From positions 36,574 through 100,573 of the forward strand of contig JBFMAF010000021.1 in NCBI GenBank assembly GCA_040755995.1: a DNA stretch of 64,000 nucleotides, read 5' to 3'. Under the pieces are notes generated by a model, which worked only from the letters and a program-made list of their open reading frames with translations, was not told the origin of the DNA and made no database searches. Numbering within the stretch: the first letter of the stretch is position 1; the number at the start of each line of letters is the position of its first letter. This DNA comes from Acidobacteriota bacterium. Lineage in GTDB: Bacteria; Acidobacteriota; CAIWXX01. Both the position numbers and the translations under genes were made by a program. This document shows positions 61,014 to 64,000 of the stretch, in pieces.

Positions 61014-62417
61014 ATGAAATCAGAAGGACTGGGTGGCGGAAGGAATATGACGGTGGTGGGTGTCCTGCTCGCGGTCCTCACGGCAGGGGCGTGGGGGTGG
61101 GGCGCGGCGCCGAAGTGGGCTGAGGCGATTGGCGGCGATGGGGATGAGAGCGCCTTCTCCATTCAGCAGACGGCTGACTCGGGCGCGATCGTCGCCGGGT
61201 ACGGCAGGAAGCTCATATCAACGCCATACAGCTACGATGGCATCCTAGTCGTGAAACTGGACGGAAAGGGCGCGATCAAGTGGCAGAAGGCGTACACGGA
61301 GGGGCTTGGGGGTGCGGACCTAAGGGAGCGCACTAGGGTGGTGCGGCAGACGAAGGATGGTGGGTACATCGTGGCTGGGGGTGTGGAAACACCGCCGTCT
61401 TGCTTGTACCAGGCCCTGGTGCTGAAGTTGGATGAGAGCGGGAACATGGTGTGGCAGAAGACATACGGAGGGAGGGTAGCTACGGCACGATCGATCCAGC
61501 AGACCTCGGACGGTGGCTACATCCTGGCCATCGAGGTCGAATATCTGGATTACAGACCAACCGACATCTGGCTGCTGAAGCTGGACGCGAACGGCAACAT
61601 CACCTGGCAGAAGAAGTATGGATCGCGCCAGGAATACGAGTATCCCACAAGCATTCAGCAGACTGGCGACAAGGGTTACATTGTCGCGGGCGGCGTGCAT
61701 GGCAAGGAATACCCGTGGACCCATGACGGGATACTGCTCAAAGTGGACTCTGTCGGCAATCTGGCCTGGTGGAAGAAGTTCGGGGGAGCCAAGAACGATC
61801 GGGTGCAATCTGTCCATCAGACCAAGGGCAGAGGCTACGTTGTCGGCGGCTATACGACGTCCTATGGGTCCGGGGAGCAGGATGCCTGGGTTGTGAAGTT
61901 CGACTCGGGAGGCGCCATCGAATGGCAGAAGACGTACGGTGGCACGAAAAATGATACCGCCGAGTCGGTCCAACAGACCAAGGACGGAGGCTATGTATTT
62001 GCGGGCATGACCGAACTGGTCGGCTCGTATTCCGATGCATGGCTGGTGAAGCTCGACAAGCAAGGCTTGCCGGCGTTCCAGAAGTACTTCGGCGCCCAGG
62101 TCGGCCCCCAGAGCGCCAAGACAGCGTGGCAAACGAAGGATCTCGGATTCTTGCTGGCGGGATTCAGCCCGTCCTTCGGCGGCGGCGATGCGGATCTCTG
62201 GGTGATCCGCGCAGACAAGACCGGCCTGATCAACGCAGCCTGCGAGGCGACCGGCGATACCGCAGCCACGGTGAAGGACTCCACAGCGACCGTCAGCGAC
62301 TACACCGCCGAAGTCGCGACCACGTACGCAACGCCCGTCGCAGGCACGCTGGTCGCCGTCACCACCCAGGCGACGACGTTCGTGGTCTGCGGCGGGGCGA
62401 TCGCCCACTCGGACTGA
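61014..62417 (+). CDS. Secreted beta-propeller repeat protein, copy 2 (paralogue of 57157-58557)
   Basis: Identical AAPKWAEAIGGDGDESAFSIQQTADSGAIV and near-identical C-tail; start 61014 or 61047. Confidence 0.85.
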   Translation: MKSEGLGGGRNMTVVGVLLAVLTAGAWGWGAAPKWAEAIGGDGDESAFSIQQTADSGAIVAGYGRKLISTPYSYDGILVVKLDGKGAIKWQKAYTEGLGGADLRERTRVVRQTKDGGYIVAGGVETPPSCLYQALVLKLDESGNMVWQKTYGGRVATARSIQQTSDGGYILAIEVEYLDYRPTDIWLLKLDANGNITWQKKYGSRQEYEYPTSIQQTGDKGYIVAGGVHGKEYPWTHDGILLKVDSVGNLAWWKKFGGAKNDRVQSVHQTKGRGYVVGGYTTSYGSGEQDAWVVKFDSGGAIEWQKTYGGTKNDTAESVQQTKDGGYVFAGMTELVGSYSDAWLVKLDKQGLPAFQKYFGAQVGPQSAKTAWQTKDLGFLLAGFSPSFGGGDADLWVIRADKTGLINAACEATGDTAATVKDSTATVSDYTAEVATTYATPVAGTLVAVTTQATTFVVCGGAIAHSD

Positions 62418-62577
62418 CCACTATCTACACGCGGCCACAAGTAGTTGCGTATGGTGAGCAGATGCGCTTTGCACGCGGTCACGCATGATGCATTCGCAAT
62501 CGTCTATGGCTGCGTGTGCTGTTCTTCGCCTGCCGCTGTGCTGGCCGCCGTTGGGCACAGGCCAGCCGGTTCGGGTA

Positions 62578-63873
62578 TTACGGGGACGGTTCGCCATCAT
62601 CGCAGGCAGGATCATCGAGTGCCCAGTCTATCTTCCTGACGAGGCGGAACCCCGTAGATCCGCCTCGGTAGTCTGGCGTGTCGCCATCACGAAACGCTGA
62701 GCGGCAGGCTTTTGCCGGGAACCCGAAACTGCCGCCACGTTCGACTCTATAAGTGCCACGGCCTGGGCCGGCGTAATTCGTCCTCTTCGGATGCGGGTAG
62801 GTGGCAAGCCAGTCCCAGCACCATTCCAAGGCGTTACCGTGCACATCTTTCAGGTTCCAAGGATTGGCCTTCTTTGTGCCAACCGGACTGGTCCTACTCT
62901 CACTGCTGTTGGCTGAGAACCAGGCAACAGCTTCCAGCTCTGGAAACATCCCCGGCAGGGAGGGCTTGCCGCAATCCTTGGATGTGTATCTTGATTCGTT
63001 CACAGAGAACGGGCCCGTCGTCCCCGCACGGCAGAACCACTCCCATTCGGCTTCGGTGGGCAGACGATAGCCGCAGGCTTCGAAATCACAGTAGTACTTG
63101 CCAGATAGGTAGTTCGAACCGTCGATCGGTATCCTCTTGGATGCGTCGGTGTAGTAGCATCGCGTCAAGTCCTCAGAGACTGCCAGCAGATTCGCGAATA
63201 GAACGGCTTCGCACCACGTCACGCACTGCACTGGATTTGCTTTGCCGGAGCCAAACTCGGGGCACGTCGGGTCCGCAGGAAGCTTGGGCTGCTTCGCCTT
63301 CAGTGCCTCCCACGCCCTCCGCGTTACTTCTGTCTCCATCACGGCCAGGTCGCGCGTTAAGACATGTGTGAACTGCTGCTCGTCACTCCACCGGCATGGC
63401 TCGCTTGAGGGAGAACCCTGCACGAAGCCGGCAGGGCCAGTCGCTGGCACGTAACGCAGGTTACCCAGAATAGGATCGCGTGCGAACAGGTAGCCAGGCT
63501 TCAACAGGTACCCAGTGAACTTCACCGGCGCTCCAGTCGATGCGATTGGCGGCACGATGGCCGCGCATTTCAGAGGAGAAGTGTCATCATCGTTCACAGA
63601 CCCGCAATTCTCGCAGTTGCCGCCCTTGTGGATTCGCCGACTCGGGAGCTCAGGGCTCTCTAATGTGTCCTGAGTTCGAGTATACCGGCCTACCGTGATG
63701 TTGTCCGTCGGGCTCGGAACTGTTTGATCTTCGATAACGATGGTGCCTGCCCTTGTGCAGGTATCTCCGCTGCTATCGGTCGCCGTAAGCGACCAGACAT
63801 ACGTCTTGGGACTGCTGTATGTGTGATATGCCACCCTGCTCGTTGAAGTGGTTCCATCTCCAAAGTCCCACAT
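62578..63873 (-). CDS. PKD-fragment + FGE-sulfatase (SUMF1/CLec) domain protein, probably 5'-truncated
   Basis: Starts mid-PKD (WDFGDG...HTY); TEVTR, PVQCVTW, YRLPTEAEWEW, NPWNLKDVHGNALEWCWD, RGGSF, GFRLVR. Confidence 0.8.
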   Translation of the reverse strand: MWDFGDGTTSTSRVAYHTYSSPKTYVWSLTATDSSGDTCTRAGTIVIEDQTVPSPTDNITVGRYTRTQDTLESPELPSRRIHKGGNCENCGSVNDDDTSPLKCAAIVPPIASTGAPVKFTGYLLKPGYLFARDPILGNLRYVPATGPAGFVQGSPSSEPCRWSDEQQFTHVLTRDLAVMETEVTRRAWEALKAKQPKLPADPTCPEFGSGKANPVQCVTWCEAVLFANLLAVSEDLTRCYYTDASKRIPIDGSNYLSGKYYCDFEACGYRLPTEAEWEWFCRAGTTGPFSVNESRYTSKDCGKPSLPGMFPELEAVAWFSANSSESRTSPVGTKKANPWNLKDVHGNALEWCWDWLATYPHPKRTNYAGPGRGTYRVERGGSFGFPAKACRSAFRDGDTPDYRGGSTGFRLVRKIDWALDDPACDDGEPSP

Positions 63874-63876
63874 GTG

Positions 63877-64000
63877 TCAGGCGCCGCGCTCTGCGTCGGT
63901 GATCTGAAGCATTATCGTCGGATAGGTTTCGGGCGTTGGTGGGTTTGAGCCGTCGAGGAATCTGGCGATAATGGTAGGGAGGCCCCCGTGCGGGAAGCGC
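63877..64000 (-). CDS. 3' end of an unknown ORF entering from the window edge
   Basis: Open frame RFPHGGLPTIIARFLDGSNPPTPETYPTIMLQITDAERGA-stop, in frame with the PKD/FGE gene. Confidence 0.35.
   Translation of the reverse strand, partial: RFPHGGLPTIIARFLDGSNPPTPETYPTIMLQITDAERGA

Noticed and set aside
63877..63879. Selenocysteine read-through at the in-frame TGA
   Set aside because: No convincing SECIS-like hairpin downstream and the position is not a catalytic Cys site

Overview
A GC-rich bacterial chromosomal window. The gene repertoire (three Oar-like TonB-dependent receptors, a DUF4388 protein, a zinc-ribbon/FHA protein, a TPR Ser/Thr kinase with an ECF sigma factor) suggests Acidobacteriota or a similar diderm lineage; this is inference only. 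Housekeeping content: a fatty-acid beta-oxidation operon (TetR-fadE-fadA-fadN) with a perfect operator, ggt, tRNA-Arg(CCG), arfB, guaB, secA, miaA-hfq-hflX, a Crp/Fnr regulator and PPK2. Accessory content: two type II toxin-antitoxin modules, an HMG-CoA-lyase-like/CoA-transferase III/LeuCD-like catabolic operon, and a secreted-protein region at 54-64 kb. Best leads: (1) a LysM + papain/C39-like protein with no signal peptide, followed closely by a small helical protein resembling a CRISPR-free Csm2/Cas11-like fold (candidate toxin-immunity pair); (2) two beta-propeller paralogues with a conserved framework and hypervariable loops; (3) consensus sigma54 promoters with IHF-like sites upstream of two TonB receptors, one with a long structured leader carrying an extended match to the 16S rRNA 3' end; (4) a candidate citraconate/citramalate-type CoA pathway; (5) strand-biased 7-mer and 8-mer intergenic tandem repeats. 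No CRISPR array, rRNA, integrase or transposase was seen. All family assignments come from motif recognition by eye, not database searches.
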